64,000 nt of DNA. Source: Negaprion brevirostris. Taxonomy: Eukaryota. The notes under the pieces are model-generated. The model saw nothing but the letters and a program-made list of their open reading frames with translations, was not told the origin of the DNA and did no database searches. Position numbers and translations under genes: made by a program. Of this stretch, positions 1-12,346 are shown in pieces. Position 1 is the stretch's first letter. Every line of letters begins with the position of its first letter. The stretch spans positions 48,977,890-49,041,889 of the forward strand of contig JARDVH010000132.1 of NCBI GenBank assembly GCA_030324005.1, in the 5' to 3' direction.

Positions 1-830
1 TGTGATAAGGTGGACCTTTTGGAGACTGTAGACTAATGAGGGAAATATTGGAAAGTTCAAGTCAGAAATTACAAAAACAGATATAAAAGTTAATGATAGG
101 AGTTGGGATGAACTGGAGGCAGACGCACACAATGTTATCAAGGTGGAACTGAGCAATTTTGGTAATGGATAGGGTGTATTGATTGTGACTTAGTTCAGCT
201 CAAGAAATGGGATGGAGTCAACTCAGCTGAATTTTTTTGTGGACATCAAAAACAATTGAGCGTGAAACTTGAATCGATAGCACCTTCCAAGTGGCGCATG
301 CTGCATCTCCAACCATTTTCAGTATAATCTGCATGGTACAAACTTGGACCAGGCAGTTCTATTCACGTTATTTGCATGTCGATCACAAAAAAACATGCAT
401 TCAGCTTCAAGAGATGCCAGAACTCAATTGTCAGCTAAGTTCAGTTAAAAGAATTATGCTATTGCAAAATCTCTGGAATTAGTATTATAGAAATTATAGT
501 TTACGGCACTGAAAGAAGCTACTTGCTCATTGTGTCTATGGCAGCCGTATAGCAAGCTGTACAGTCTAATCCACATTCCAGCAGTTGATCTGTAGCCCTG
601 AAAATACATGAGGTGCATATTTGGATACCGTTTAAAAGAGTTGAAGATATTTATTTCACAGCTGATAGCTGTGATTGTTAGATCAAGTGACTCGGCCTTT
701 TTTATCAGTGCTTTGCTATTGCTGTCTCCTCCTGGGTGTGCTGTGCTGGAAATATGGCAGTTCAGCAAGAAATCAAAAAGAATAGGGTTGAGAGTGAAAA
801 GCAAGAACACTGTGGTCATACCATTGTATC
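1..830 (-). mobile_element. Highly degraded L2-like LINE fragments, with a small old CR1 3' piece at about 470-630
   Basis: Minus ORF 454-819 segment LFDFLLNCHISSTAHPGGDSNSKALIKK weakly resembles the L2 RT motif QSGFRxxHSTETALIKV. Very diverged; boundaries approximate. Confidence 0.3.
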
Positions 831-1550
831 TTACTCATCATGCCAGATAACATGATGGAAGTGAGGTTTGAGTCGAAAGGGGACATTAGGAGGAGCATAC
901 GGTCATCCTCAATATTCTCAGAAGAGCTGGATGTTGTAGTTTCTGGCCCAGCAGCCTCATGATGCAGAGAACCATTCCTTTGTAGGACTAAAGAGAATCA
1001 GACCATGGTTTGGCTCTTTTTTCTTCCATTTTGTATGACCGTGTCCTGCAAGAGAGAGAGCAGAATGTCTGCAATCGTGTTGCATTGTGTTCAGGTGTCT
1101 ACTGTAGCTGACCAGCTGGAGATTTTGGAACCAGTGGGTGTGGGTGTGAAGCTGGCATCATTGGAATCTGCGAGGATGAGATGAAGCATTTGGATGTTAG
1201 GCCACATTCCTGAGTATCAGGGCGTGCTAATGGATGATTGATGGGAGCGTGGAGCATTGAACAGAATAAGAGATTAGTGGAGTGGTGGGGAAGAGATGTC
1301 ATTAGCAAGTGACCTTAAGCATCAACATTTTATCATTAGACTATCAGGTCAAGGGACAGACTTCAGGAATTGACTGTCTGGCCACCTGCTCCTAACCTCT
1401 TAGGGCAGCCCTTTAGGCTTAAGAACCTGCTGGTCTCTCAGAACCACAGTGTGTCTCTTCCTGTTCACCTGAATAAAGGCCCGCAGCATTGTACTCATGA
1501 ACTTGGGGTTTGAGAGCCTTTCTCTGTTTTGATGTTCCATTTTTCTTCAG

Positions 1551-1795
1551 AATTTTAGCAATAGAATTCAGCAGCAACAGCCTCCTGTGGTTCAGTGCAG
1601 CTTCCCTTCAAGAAAGACAGCCTTTCAAAAGTGCAGGTTGTTCGCACTGTGTGCTATCAACACTGCTTGGTGTCCTGAGAACTCAGACAGCCAGCAACAT
1701 GGACCCGACACGGACCAATATGCCAATGACTTTGATCTTTCCAAATTTAAATTGTAGAAACTTGCAACCTGACTAATAATATGATTTGGGAAACG
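1551..1795 (+). other. Candidate spliced exon, unidentified and possibly non-coding
   Basis: Polypyrimidine tract and AG (ccatttttcttcag) before 1551; possible donor ACG|gtaaag at 1796. Both long reading frames stop before the donor; no recognisable protein. Confidence 0.2.
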
Positions 1796-2029
1796 GTAAA
1801 GAGGCTGAATGAAGTCACTACACGTGAAGCTAAAATTGATAATGCCATGAAAAGACATATTGCAGATGAGGAAAGGGAAGTGGGTGCAGGGTGGATTCTT
1901 GCGCAATTTCTGAGGAGATGATTTAGGAACAGGAAGAGAAGCTATTGCTACAGATTGGAGCAAGAATGAGACCATAGAACAATTTATATAATACCCTTTA
2001 ATGTAATGAGATGTGAGTGTTGGTGAAGA

Positions 2030-2462
2030 AAGAGACATGTTGTTGAAGCTTTTCATCTTGCACTCATCAGGATGCAAGAATGCCAAATTTCAAATGGAGC
2101 AACAATTTATACTTCATGAGGAAAGGATTTTGAGTTGTTGGCAATTTGACTCTGGTCGAGCCATTGACGTGGATAATGCACCAGCGAATTATTGTCCCCG
2201 TGATTTAATTTAATTCAAAAGAGGTGCAATACGTGGATATGTCAGGAGCCTGCATATGAATATCTGTAGCTTCTTGCAATTGTAAGTAAACCACATTGCA
2301 TGTCCTACTGATCATCATAAATTTGTTGTTAGTGTAATTTCTAGCACACTTGAGATTATTCAGCAAATGTTGTCCAATCATGGAATCACATTTAATCTTA
2401 AGACATTATGTTCTAAGTTTTGCTAGTTAAAGATGATTACTACTTTGCCTATTGCGAACACC
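2030..2462 (-). mobile_element. Penelope-like element 3' end (family B): GIY-YIG C-terminus plus terminal repeat
   Basis: Minus strand reads IKCDSMIGQHLLNNLKCARNYTNNKFMMISRTCNVVYLQLQEATDI. Homologous to the copy at 27378-27860 and shares its terminal motif. Confidence 0.75.
2041..2074 (-). ncRNA. Degenerate minimal hammerhead ribozyme motif (PLE family B)
   Basis: Minus strand CATC-CTGATGA-GTGCAAGAT-GAAA-AGCT-TC-AACA. Core boxes are present; stem I is disrupted. Confidence 0.55.
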
Positions 2463-2464
2463 TG

Positions 2465-2730
2465 AACATAGAACATAGAACATTACAGCGCAGAACAGGC
2501 CCTTCGGCCCACGATGTTGCACCGACCAGCTTTTTTAAAAAAAANNNNNNNNNNNNNNNNNNNNNNNNNNNNNNNNNNNNNNNNNNNNNNNNNNNNNNNN
2601 NNNNNNNNNNNNNNNNNNNNNNNNNNNNNNNNNNNNNNNNNNNNTCTCTGACACAGTGATACAGTCCTTGACCAATAATGCTACCCCACCCCCCTTTCTA
2701 CCTCCTTCTCTACTCCGACTATTTATTAGG
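2465..2730 (-). mobile_element. CR1/HER1 LINE: 3' tail and endonuclease fragment on either side of an N gap
   Basis: (AACATAG)n tail and ggcccttcggccc stem at 2465-2530; REGGRKGGGVALLVKD endonuclease motif at 2645-2730. Confidence 0.75.
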
Positions 2731-2744
2731 GAGGTGTAGAAGCA

Positions 2745-4452
2745 GCATGCGATAATCAAAACTCAACACAACCACGACAGATCTGATCTATGATCTGCAG
2801 TCCTGCCACATCCAGTTGTGAATGGCAGTGAATAAGTAAGCAACTATATGGAGTTGAAGACTCCACAAATACCCTCAATAATGGTGTAGCCCAGCACATT
2901 AGTGCAAAAGACAAAACTGAAGCATTTGCAACCATCTTTTGGTCAGAAATTCTGATTAGCTGAACCATCTCTACCTCCTCCTATGGTCCCTAGCATCACA
3001 TGCTAGTTTTCAGCCAATTCGATTCATTCCGTGTAATATCAAGAAAAGGTTGAAGACACTAGATGCTGCAAAAGCAAGGGACCTGCCAACATTCCAGTAA
3101 TAGGAGTGAAGATTTGTGCTCCAGAACTATTAGTGCTTTTAGGCAAACCATTCCAGTACAGCTCCAACACTGGCATCTACCTGACAATGTTGGAAATTGC
3201 CCAGGTATGTCCTGTCCACAAAAACAAGACAAATTGAACCCTACCAGTTACCAATCCATCAGCATCCACGCTAACATCAGCAAAACAATGGCAGGGTTGT
3301 CTACACTCCTATCAAGTGACGTTTATAAAGCAGTAACCTGATGACTGGCACTCAGTTTGAGTTTTATCAGAGCCACTCAGCTGCTAACATCGTTACAGCC
3401 TTGATGCAAATATGGACAAAAGAGCTGAACTCCAGAAGTGAAGTGAGAGTGATTGCCCTTGACATCAGGACATCATTTGACCTAGTGTGGCATCAGGAGC
3501 CCTGGCAAAATTGGAGTCAGTTGGAATTGTCAGGATACGTGTAGTTTTAAATTATCCATTTGTATTTGTGGATATTATAAAAAAGAAAAGTTTAATTTTG
3601 AAAGGGTTAATGACTCAGTTTTGTTTAGATGCATGCATGATAATAAGGGTTTACAACATGAAAGCAAACTGGGCTTGAACGAAAACTAGATTGTTGCTTA
3701 GCAATGGTTAGGTGCATTGGCTATGCTAAATTCTCCCTCAATGTATTAGAACAGTGCTGGAGAGTGGGAAGGATGGAATTTTCACAGTAACTTCATTGCA
3801 GTGCCTACTCGTGGCACTAATAAATAGATAAACTATCAACATCCAGAAACTGAACTAGACCAGCCGTATAAATACTGTGATTACAAAGGCAGCTCAGAGG
3901 CTGGGAATTCTGTGTCAAATAACTTGCCTCTTGGGCACTGCAAAGCCTGTCTGCCACTTACATGGCACAAGTCAGGAATGTGATGGAATACTCTCCACAT
4001 GCCTGGATAAGTGAAGCTTTGGCAACATCCAAGAAGTTTGCCACCATCCAGAACAGAGCATCTGCTTGATTTGTACCCCAACCACACTACCTTAAATATT
4101 CACTGCCTCCACCACCAACACAGTGGCAGCTGTGTGTAGCGTTTACACAATGCACTACATCGCTTACCAAGGTCCCTTCACAGCAGTTGTGGCCTCTTCT
4201 ACCTAGAAAGTCAAGGCAATAAATACTCGGGAATATTCAAGCCGTTCTTCATCCTGACTTGGAATTTTTTGCTGTTCCTCCACTGTTGCTGGGTCAAAAT
4301 TATGGAGCTCCCTTCCGAACATCACTGCAGGTGTACTTACACCACATGGACGGCAGTGATTCACAAAGGCAGCTCACCACCATCTTAAGTGCAATCCGGG
4401 ATGAGCAATAAATGCTGACCAAACCATTGATATCCACATTCCATGAGGAGAA
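2745..4452 (+). mobile_element. Degraded CR1-clade LINE ('family T'), RT and 3' end, interrupted at about 3530-3835
   Basis: Frame-shifted RT motifs KQDKLNPTSYQSIS, QSHSAANIVTALMQIWTKELNSRSEVRVIALDIRTSFDLVWHQ and GALAKLES. 3' tail ggcagctcaccacc...gggatgagcaataaatgctg also occurs at 19175-19550. Confidence 0.8.
3706..3832 (+). mobile_element. V-SINE 3' fragment with the alternative (Rex-like) tail
   Basis: ggttaggtgcattggctatgctaaatt...ttttcacagtaacttcattgcagtg...ctaataaa; matches 28373-28545 and 51245-51545. Confidence 0.7.
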
Positions 4453-4645
4453 GGTTAAGTCAGAATGAACAAATTTTGCTTGAAATCAGAGAGGGCTGGA
4501 AGATTGAATTAACATTGAGAAAGGGAAAGTAAGAAAACATTTTTAAAACTGCCAGCTGTTTGCGATCTGAAGGAATGAGTTTCTAAACTTGAAAATGTTT
4601 GCCTTCTCGACAAGAGAGGTTGATTAGCAATCATTAATAATTGGC

Positions 4646-4875
4646 ATAAAAGTAAAATACTGCAGATGCTGGAATTATGAAATTAAACAGAAATTGCTGG
4701 AAAAATTTAGTTGGCCTGGCAGCCTTTGCGGTGATAGAAACATTTCAAGTTCCTTTTGACTTTTCTGGCAAACCGTTCTGCCAAACAGTCATGTTGGATT
4801 TGGAAGATAGACTTTATTTCTTTCTGCACAGATACTACCAGATTCGCTGAGTTTTTCCAGCACATTATTTTTAAT
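4646..4875. mobile_element. PLE terminal repeat (family C), inverted pair
   Basis: aaatactgcagatgctggaa...aaacagaaattgctggaaaaa followed by its degenerate reverse complement (cacagatactaccagattcgctgagtttttccagca). Confidence 0.6.
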
Positions 4876-6399
4876 AATTAGTATGCTATTAAGAATACTT
4901 ACACTACTCATTACTAGATCATCACCTGTGGTGGATTTAATGGGCAATAAACATGCAGATAAGCAACTTTATGAAAGTCATGGATGGATTTAGGGTGAAA
5001 TTCCATTTTAACAGCACTAATAAATACAACATCAGCACAATATAACATATAAACAGAAATCAGCCAGTTTCTTGCAATTTACAGTTCATGGGGTATTTCT
5101 CCATCACTAAGTTGGTGGCCAATTTTCACATTGNNNNNNNNNNNNNNNNNNNNNNNNNNNNNNNNNNNNNNNNNNNNNNNNNNNNNNNNNNNNNNNNNNN
5201 NNNNNNNNNNNNNNNNNNNNNNNNNNNNNNNNNNNNNNNNNNNNNNNNNNNNNNNNNNNNNNNNNNNNNNNNNNNNNNNNNNNNNNNNNNNNNNNNNNNN
5301 NNNNNNNNNNNNNNNNNNNNNNNNNNNNNNNNNNNNNNNNNNNNNNNNNNNNNNNNNNNNNNNNNNNNNNNNNNNNNNNNNNNNNNNNNNNNNNNNNNNN
5401 NNNNNNNNNNNNNNNNNNNNNNNNNNNNNNNNNNNNNNNNNNNNNNNNNNNNNNNNNNNNNNNNNNNNNNNNNTTCAGCTGTTTAACAGAAAAATGCACT
5501 TCAGACACTTCAGATACCAGTTATTGACTAGCGTACAGATCAAACCTATGGTGTTCTTTTAACATAGTATTAGCATATTAATAATGATGAAACTGCGTGT
5601 TCCAGTTTAAATTAACAAGACTTGAAGCTCATTTGGAAATGCAACCCATACGTATTTCTACGAACCGACCCATTTGCTTCAAGCTGGAAATGTAATCTTC
5701 AAAATTGGCAACCTCTACTTCTCTATTTGTTTTTCATTTTGACATCGTTGTTCCTTTGAAGATGGTCACCTTTCCGTTTTTCACAAACCTGTTCATGATT
5801 CAATAAAACAATGCCTTTTCATAACGTACCTAAAGTATTATGCAGTGGGTTGCAGTCTCCTAATTCTACAATTTTTGTTAGGTTGATCATATAGGTGAAT
5901 AAATTATGGTCAAATCAAATCTGTTTGGTGTCAACGCGTTTCATTCCGGTGTGCTGCTAACTTTGTTAAATAAAATGCATGGTATTTTAACTTGCATTAT
6001 TTTCATGAAGGTTCTTAATGTAACAGTTTATTTTGAATGTTTCTCCTTGTGATTTCTAAGCATAAATGTTGTGTTAGTTGTACCCTTCTCTGGAATAAAC
6101 CCACTTCTCCATTCACATGGAGGCAACTCTCTGACTGATGACATTAATACTTCAGATGGCCGGTTGATGAGAAATCACTTAGTGTACAATGTTTTGGGCA
6201 GTCCTGTGTGCCTACTATTCTGAGCATTGTGACTATCTCAGATATAATCCAGTCTCAATCTATTTACCTGTTGTCCATATCACATCGGTAATCTTTCATT
6301 GCATGTGCTTCTTTTGCTCGTTTTCTCAGCCGCTTGTTTTTGAATATTATACAGACTCTGTTCGCATTTGATCACAATTTGAGGTAAACAACAAAATTA

Positions 6400-6950
6400 C
6401 GTTCAAGAATGAAATTCAGGATAAATTAGCGACAGCAAAAAGCATGACTAGTGACATCTTGAGTCCGAAAGCATCCGTGTGAAATTGAAAAAAAAGTTCA
6501 ATACAGTCACTGATGTGGATGTATTGCAGTCTATCAATGTGGTAGTTGGACTCTGAAGAGAGAAATGATAATAGCTTTTGACATATGGGTATGATGGAGA
6601 TGCCCCAAATTGACTGGATGGACAAAAAGACAAATGAGTGGGGTAGATCCGGAAATCAAAAGGGTTGCTAAATAGATAGAGTAAGATAGTCAGGTACGGA
6701 CATTTGAAACAAAAACCCAACAGCTATGTCCTGCAATAACTGGAAAAGAGATTGAGGTTAAAAAAGAGGAAGAAAAAGGATTTGATTGGTGGATTACATT
6801 GAGATGGGAACTGAGGGAGGCTTGAAGAAAGTCAGAGAAGAAGCAAAATGCCAACTGAGACCATGATGAAAACGAACAAATGAATCACCATGTGGTAATT
6901 AAGGTATACACCTGCTAATCAAAGAAATCTCAAATAGTCCTGTTGTATGC
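6400..6950 (-). pseudogene. Possible ancient Penelope-like RT remnant
   Basis: Weak, frame-broken similarity to PLE RT motifs in the expected order (QDIAVG~QGVAMG; FFQF~FSQFLR). Near the limit of recognition. Confidence 0.2.
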
Positions 6951-7940
6951 ACATGTCCATTTTCAGTATCACTAAAACTAAAGAGTTTTCAACTCGAAAT
7001 GCAGTCCCACCTATAATACAATATTGCCAAAAGACTCTCTTTATTAGTCGCACCGTAAATTTTTTCAAGGGTTTGATATGTATGAGAATGATAAGATTTT
7101 ATTCCTGTTCCTTGAAAGCCTTTGTAAGATGCAAATCATAATTTCATGTTGAGAGTTTACTGTAATGATGTATGACATATTCAGGGATAGTAGAAGCATT
7201 TTAAATATTTTTATGTTCTGCTAGCATTCTTCTTTGCAGTCTGTCTGTTTTCCACAGTTTGGTGAAATAACCTTCTCAAAATCAGATATGCCATGTGCCA
7301 AATTCTCAGGTTTCTCACTTTTCTTATAGGTAAATGCTGTAGATGCTGTTATTTGCAAGCTACCTAACCTTGCTCCCAAGCCCAACTGAGTAGTGATCCA
7401 GAAAGCCTTGGAGTGAAGCATAGGTGGCATGTAGCCAATTAGAGTTATAATATTTGGTATCACAAAAGCTGGAAAGAACAAAGATTAACACTGCATATCC
7501 TAAAACAGAGTAAAAGAAGGGACCACAAGAAATGCAAATCAGATGGCAAGACAAGGTAACCACTACCACCATTCACCCTCCTGCTGCTTAATCTTGGCCA
7601 TAAGAATATGCTGGTATTCCAGCATGTAGCATTGCTAAAGTATATACAACCACGTCAGTAGAAATATTGGAGAAATATTTGCATTCTGTGACATTGAATA
7701 ACAAAATCATCAATGTAGAAACTGCTGTAAAATTTTGAAAATGATAATTATCATTGAACTTCCAAGTTCAACTAAGTTAAAGAAAATAAAATGCACTGCA
7801 TTGAAGGATAACCTTTCTGCCAGTTTAAAACCAAAGAAAACAACTTGCCATATTTAAGCAGAGCCGCACAGTATTTCAGTAAGGTCCGGCTCAATAAATT
7901 TTCTTCAAGTCCAAACTGCTGAATTTTACTTGAGAAATTG

Positions 7941-8897
7941 GGGCAAGATTTTTCTGCAGGCTTGAAACCGCTGCATGGAACCAAATGGGGATTGTAAGCC
8001 AGATTCGGAGCAATTTTCCCAGAGGTGCCTTCTAATTTGTTGCTTGTGAGCTCAGTATCCAATTAAGGATGGCAGGCAGGTTTGCATTATTTTGGCCTAA
8101 TTGGAGGGCATGGCTTCTCTGAAGCCAAAGCAGCCCCACTGAGTGAGGTGGGTGCTACTGAGGCAGAGAAGGTAATGCAAGAGCTTCTGAAAATGAAGCT
8201 ATCCTTGGAGGTGTGAAAGTCAGTAAATATTTTAGAGTGGACAATCTGCCAGGCTACTCTGGTAGCAGGAGAATCCTTCTGATGGTGTTGGGGTTGTGGG
8301 GGACAGCCTTCGCTGCCAATGGCCCCCTCTTTTGGGGGATGGACAATCACAAGTTGGTGTTTTTACTGGTGGTGGAGTCCCCTCTGCTGCCAATAAATTG
8401 CTCTAAATGAGCTCTAATTGGGATCCTAAATTTACAGATTGGCTGCTGCCACTTTGCAGCAGACAGGTCATCCACATAGAATAGAATTATAGAAACCCTA
8501 CAGTGCAGAAAGAGGCCGTTGGGTCCATTGAGTCTGCACTGACCACAATGTCACCCAGGCCCTACCCCCACATATTTACCCGCTAATCCCTCTAACCTAT
8601 GCATCTCAGGACACTAAAGGGCAATTTTAGCATGGCCAATCAACCTAACCTGCACGTCTTTGGACTGTGGGAGGAAACTAGACACCCGGAGGAAAGCCAC
8701 GCAGACATGAGAATATTCAAACTCCACACAGACAGTAGCCCAAGCCGGGAATCGAGCCCAGGTCACATGATGGCCCACCCCTGGAAACATTCCTGGCAGC
8801 GGGAATGCATCATGGAGCAGTCTTAATGGGGCACCCCGTTGTTTTCTTGGTGTTTGTGCCTCCATTTGTACCACCTGGAATTTGGAAAATTCTGCTT
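7941..8897. mobile_element. PIF/Harbinger-type non-autonomous element (MITE) with a nested HE1 SINE
   Basis: Termini gggcaagattttt ... ggaaaattctgct form an imperfect GGGC...AATTTT TIR pair; GC-richer interior. Confidence 0.5.
8476..8766 (-). mobile_element. HE1-type V-SINE, 5'-truncated
   Basis: V-core ttggactgtgggaggaaac...aaactccacacagac; B box gggaatcgagccc; CR1-type tail atagaatagaa. Confidence 0.9.
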
Positions 8898-9489
8898 TGA
8901 TGGCTCTTAAGTTAAGGAAAGCATCTGAAAATTTACAAGGAGTAAATGGTTATGATGATGAGGGACAGTGGGCTAATAAATGTTGAAATTAGTATCTCAA
9001 ATCAAGGAAAAATGCAATTTGAGAGAACTTTCCTTATATTTTACTTCTCTATTTTCTTTCCTTTTGTGTCATGAATTGCCGTGGCCCTGAGTTGTGTGGG
9101 CAGGGTGATTAAATGAAGACTGTCACATAATTAAAACCAGTGCTATCCTCTCTGTCCATCACCTCCATTTTTGTGCTTCCCATTAATATGTATCAATAGT
9201 AACTTTCCCATTTAACTAGATCTAGATTAGTTGCCTTCTGGTGTCAGTATTAAATACCACTTAGATGGGAAACACTTTGACCTTAATTGCCTCTGTTCCA
9301 CAGCTAACTGGTCATAATTTGTATAATCTACAGTTTGCAGAGGACTGCAGTCTCATTGTCCACTCTGCGTGAAATTTACAAGCCACTTTTGATCTCTTAT
9401 TGCATACAAGAAACTTGGCCTGCCTTGAATTTTGCCAGAAAAAAACTTGTATGCCAACCAAATATTGGTCAGTCAAATATTCCACCGCG

Positions 9490-10235
9490 GTATATGTTGA
9501 AGGAATGAGTTGAGCACTTCCCATTTCTTGGCAAGCACCACTCTCGAAAGGTCACCATTGATGAGGAGAGCTAGGTCAACTCCACCAATACAGCCTTCTA
9601 TAAACCACTGTACTGTGTCTGAGGCCAAGGATATCTGCAAGTCAACAAAATACTACTGTCCAGAGCAATTATGTTGTCACCATAATCCTGAAACACACTG
9701 AGACCTGAACTGTATATCAGTGACATATATATGTGTGAGAGAAACTCCATCAGCCATGCCTCCATTACCTCATTGGGATTCAATGGAAAGACCAGTGGAC
9801 AAACATTAGTGTCCTTTTTGAGGCAAAATTCTTGCAAAATCAACTTGGATGGACTGAGCACTGTGGTTGAAATGTGTTTCCCACGCCAGGTCCTCTCAAA
9901 TTGCTGATGTTCCAGGGGAGGACAAAGAAAACATTTCAAAGACATGGGGAAACCCTTCTTGAAATGTGGCAGCACTACATTCACATCCTGGAGGAACTTT
10001 CTGCCAACTATTAAAAACAACTTGTCCATCAAATTGCATCATGCTTTGAGTCACAATGTCTTAATGATGAGGCAGACTGGTGACAGAGAAGGAAAGCAAA
10101 AGAAGCATGTTGTGTACTCGGGATTGGGGCATCCTGTCTGTACATTGAGGATTGGCATGTGCAATCACATGAAGATCCATGACAACTCAAACTTGAGCAG
10201 ACATCATCCTCAAATCAAGAGATGACTGATGACCC
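9490..10235 (+). mobile_element. Degraded RTE-clade LINE 3' region
   Basis: Fragmented peptides EHFPFLGK..TIDEE, IQWKDQWTNISVL, RGGQRKHFKD and RIGMCNHMKIH, typical of RTE ORF C-termini. Confidence 0.7.
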
Positions 10236-11862
10236 AATGTGGCTTCCCTACTTCCTGAAACAGAAACTGTTGTGCCACTAAATGTACTTTAATGTGCAAT
10301 TTATTTTTGACTCCTAGTCACATAAGTTCCAATCCTAAATTTATTTTTTTTCTCTCAATCCTCTGTGGTTGCATTGGTTCTTTTAGTCCTAGCTTGGACC
10401 ATTGGCTAAACTAGTGCATGAAAATGGGATAGGTAAGGGTGAGTTTTGAGGCCGGCACCAAATGGAAATTGAGTGGTTGCAGCCCATTACATAAAAAAAT
10501 GATTTTTTTGTTTTATTTGCTCTGCCAGTATGGCCATGATAATATTCCTCAGGTGTACAAATGGATTTTACAAGACAAGTTAGACTTATTTTAGGTGCAA
10601 ATGAGATTCCAATAATACCGTTTTAGGAGATAAACATGCCACTCAACCTCTAACCAGTTTTATTGATGCTGGAATCAAAGTGGTCCTGGAAAGGTTTCAC
10701 ATTAGTTTTTATGAAGGTAAAATGAACAACCAGTTTCACTCTTTCTGCTTCATCTACCCTCATGCCTATCCGTGGCTCTACATCAGGGCTGACAATGCTG
10801 TGGCCTGAAAGTAATGAACTGCCATGAGACAGCCCTTTGTCACTGCAGTTCATTGAGTCATTGAGGCATGGAGCTCAAAATCATGGGAGTTTCTTTGCTA
10901 TTGGTCAATTGTCCAAAAGTCAGAATCTACCCTTAGTTTTGTGGAGGGCAGAAATTACTTTTGCAGATTGTCCTATCTTACAGAATGCTTCCGATCAGCC
11001 ATACTGACGTGGTATTGGGGAATGAACCCGGCCAAGTGGTCGATGTTTAAGTAGGAGAGCAGTTTGGGAACAATGACCACAGTTCAGTAAGCTTTAAAGT
11101 ACTGATGGATAAAGAAAAGTGTAGACCGCAAGTTAAGGTGCTAAATTGGGGGAAGGCTAATTACAATAATATTAGGCAGGAACTGAAGAATGTAGATTGG
11201 GGGAAGATGTTTGAGGGCAAATCAACATCTGGCACATGGGAGGCTTTCAAGTGTAAGTTGATAGGGATTCAGAACCGGCACATTCCCGTAAGGATGAAGG
11301 ATAAATATGGCAAGTTTTGGGAACCTTGGATAACAAGAGATATTGTAAGCCTTGTCAAAGAGGAAAAGGAAGCATTTGTCAAAGCCAGGAAGCTGGGAAC
11401 ATATGAAGCAAGTGTGGAATACAAGGAAAGTAGAAAGAAAAGTAAGCAAGGAGTGAGGAGGGCTAAAAGGCATCATGAAAAGCATTGGCCGTCAGGATTA
11501 AGGAAAATCCCAAGGCTCTTTATACATATATAAAGAGCAAGAAGGGGGAGGGTTGGCTCACTCAAGGACAAGGGAGGGAATCTGTGCTTGGAGCCAGAGG
11601 AAATGTGCAAGGTATTAAATGAGTACTTTGCATCAGTATTCACCAAAGAGAAGGACTTAGTGGATGATGAATCTGGGAAAGGGTGTGTAGATAGTTGAAG
11701 TCATGTTGAGATCAAAAAGAAAGAGGTATTGGGCTCCTTGAGAAACATTAAGGAAGACAAGTCCCCAGGGCCTGATCGGATATATCCCAGAATACTGAGA
11801 AAGGCAAGGGAGGAAATTGCTGGGTCCTTTTTGTATCCTCACTGGCTACAGGGGAGGTCTCA

Positions 11863-11965
11863 GTAAGAAGTCTCACAACACCAGGTTAAAGTCCAAAGGT
11901 TTATTTGGTAGCAAATGCCACTAGCTTTCGGAGCACTGCTCCTTCGTCAGGTGTATTTCCACATC
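11863..11965 (-). mobile_element. Short PLE terminal-repeat insertion (family A)
   Basis: gtaagaagtctcacaacaccaggttaaagtcc...ttatttggtag interrupts CR1. Degenerate flanking duplication tacaggggaggtctcagt / tatagggaagatcccagt. Confidence 0.85.
11919..11953 (-). ncRNA. Minimal type I hammerhead ribozyme with intact core
   Basis: Minus strand CAC-CUGACGA-A-GGAGC-AGU-GCUCC-GAAA-GC-UA-GUG: stem I CAC/GUG, 5-bp stem II, palindromic AGCU stem III, CUA cleavage triplet. Confidence 0.8.
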
Positions 11966-12346
11966 ATATAGGGAAGATCCCAGTGGATTGGAGAGTAGCC
12001 AATGTTGTTCCTTTGTTTAAAAAGGATAGCAAGAATAATCCAGGTTAATTACAGGCCAGTGAGTGAGTCTTTTGGGGAGGATTCTTCGAGACAGGATTTA
12101 TTCCCACATAAGTGGACATATTAGTGAGAGGTAACGTGGTTTTGTGAAGGGAAGGTCATGTCTTGAGTTTTTTGAGGAAGTGACGAAGATGATTGATGAG
12201 GGTAGAACAATGAATGTTGTCTGCATGGACTTCATTGAAGCCTTTGACAAGGTCCATCACGGCAGACTGGTGCAGAAGGTGAAGTTGCATGGGATCAGAG
12301 GTGAGCTGACAAGGGGGATACAAAACTGGATCGGTCAAAGAACACA

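Noticed and set aside
5088-5562. Long ORFs made of X residues (also near 16783, 24401, 26142, 27969)
   Set aside because: Artefacts of N gaps.
11105-11533. 142-aa ORF as a host gene
   Set aside because: It is part of CR1 ORF2; the flanking sequence is frameshifted and contains stops.
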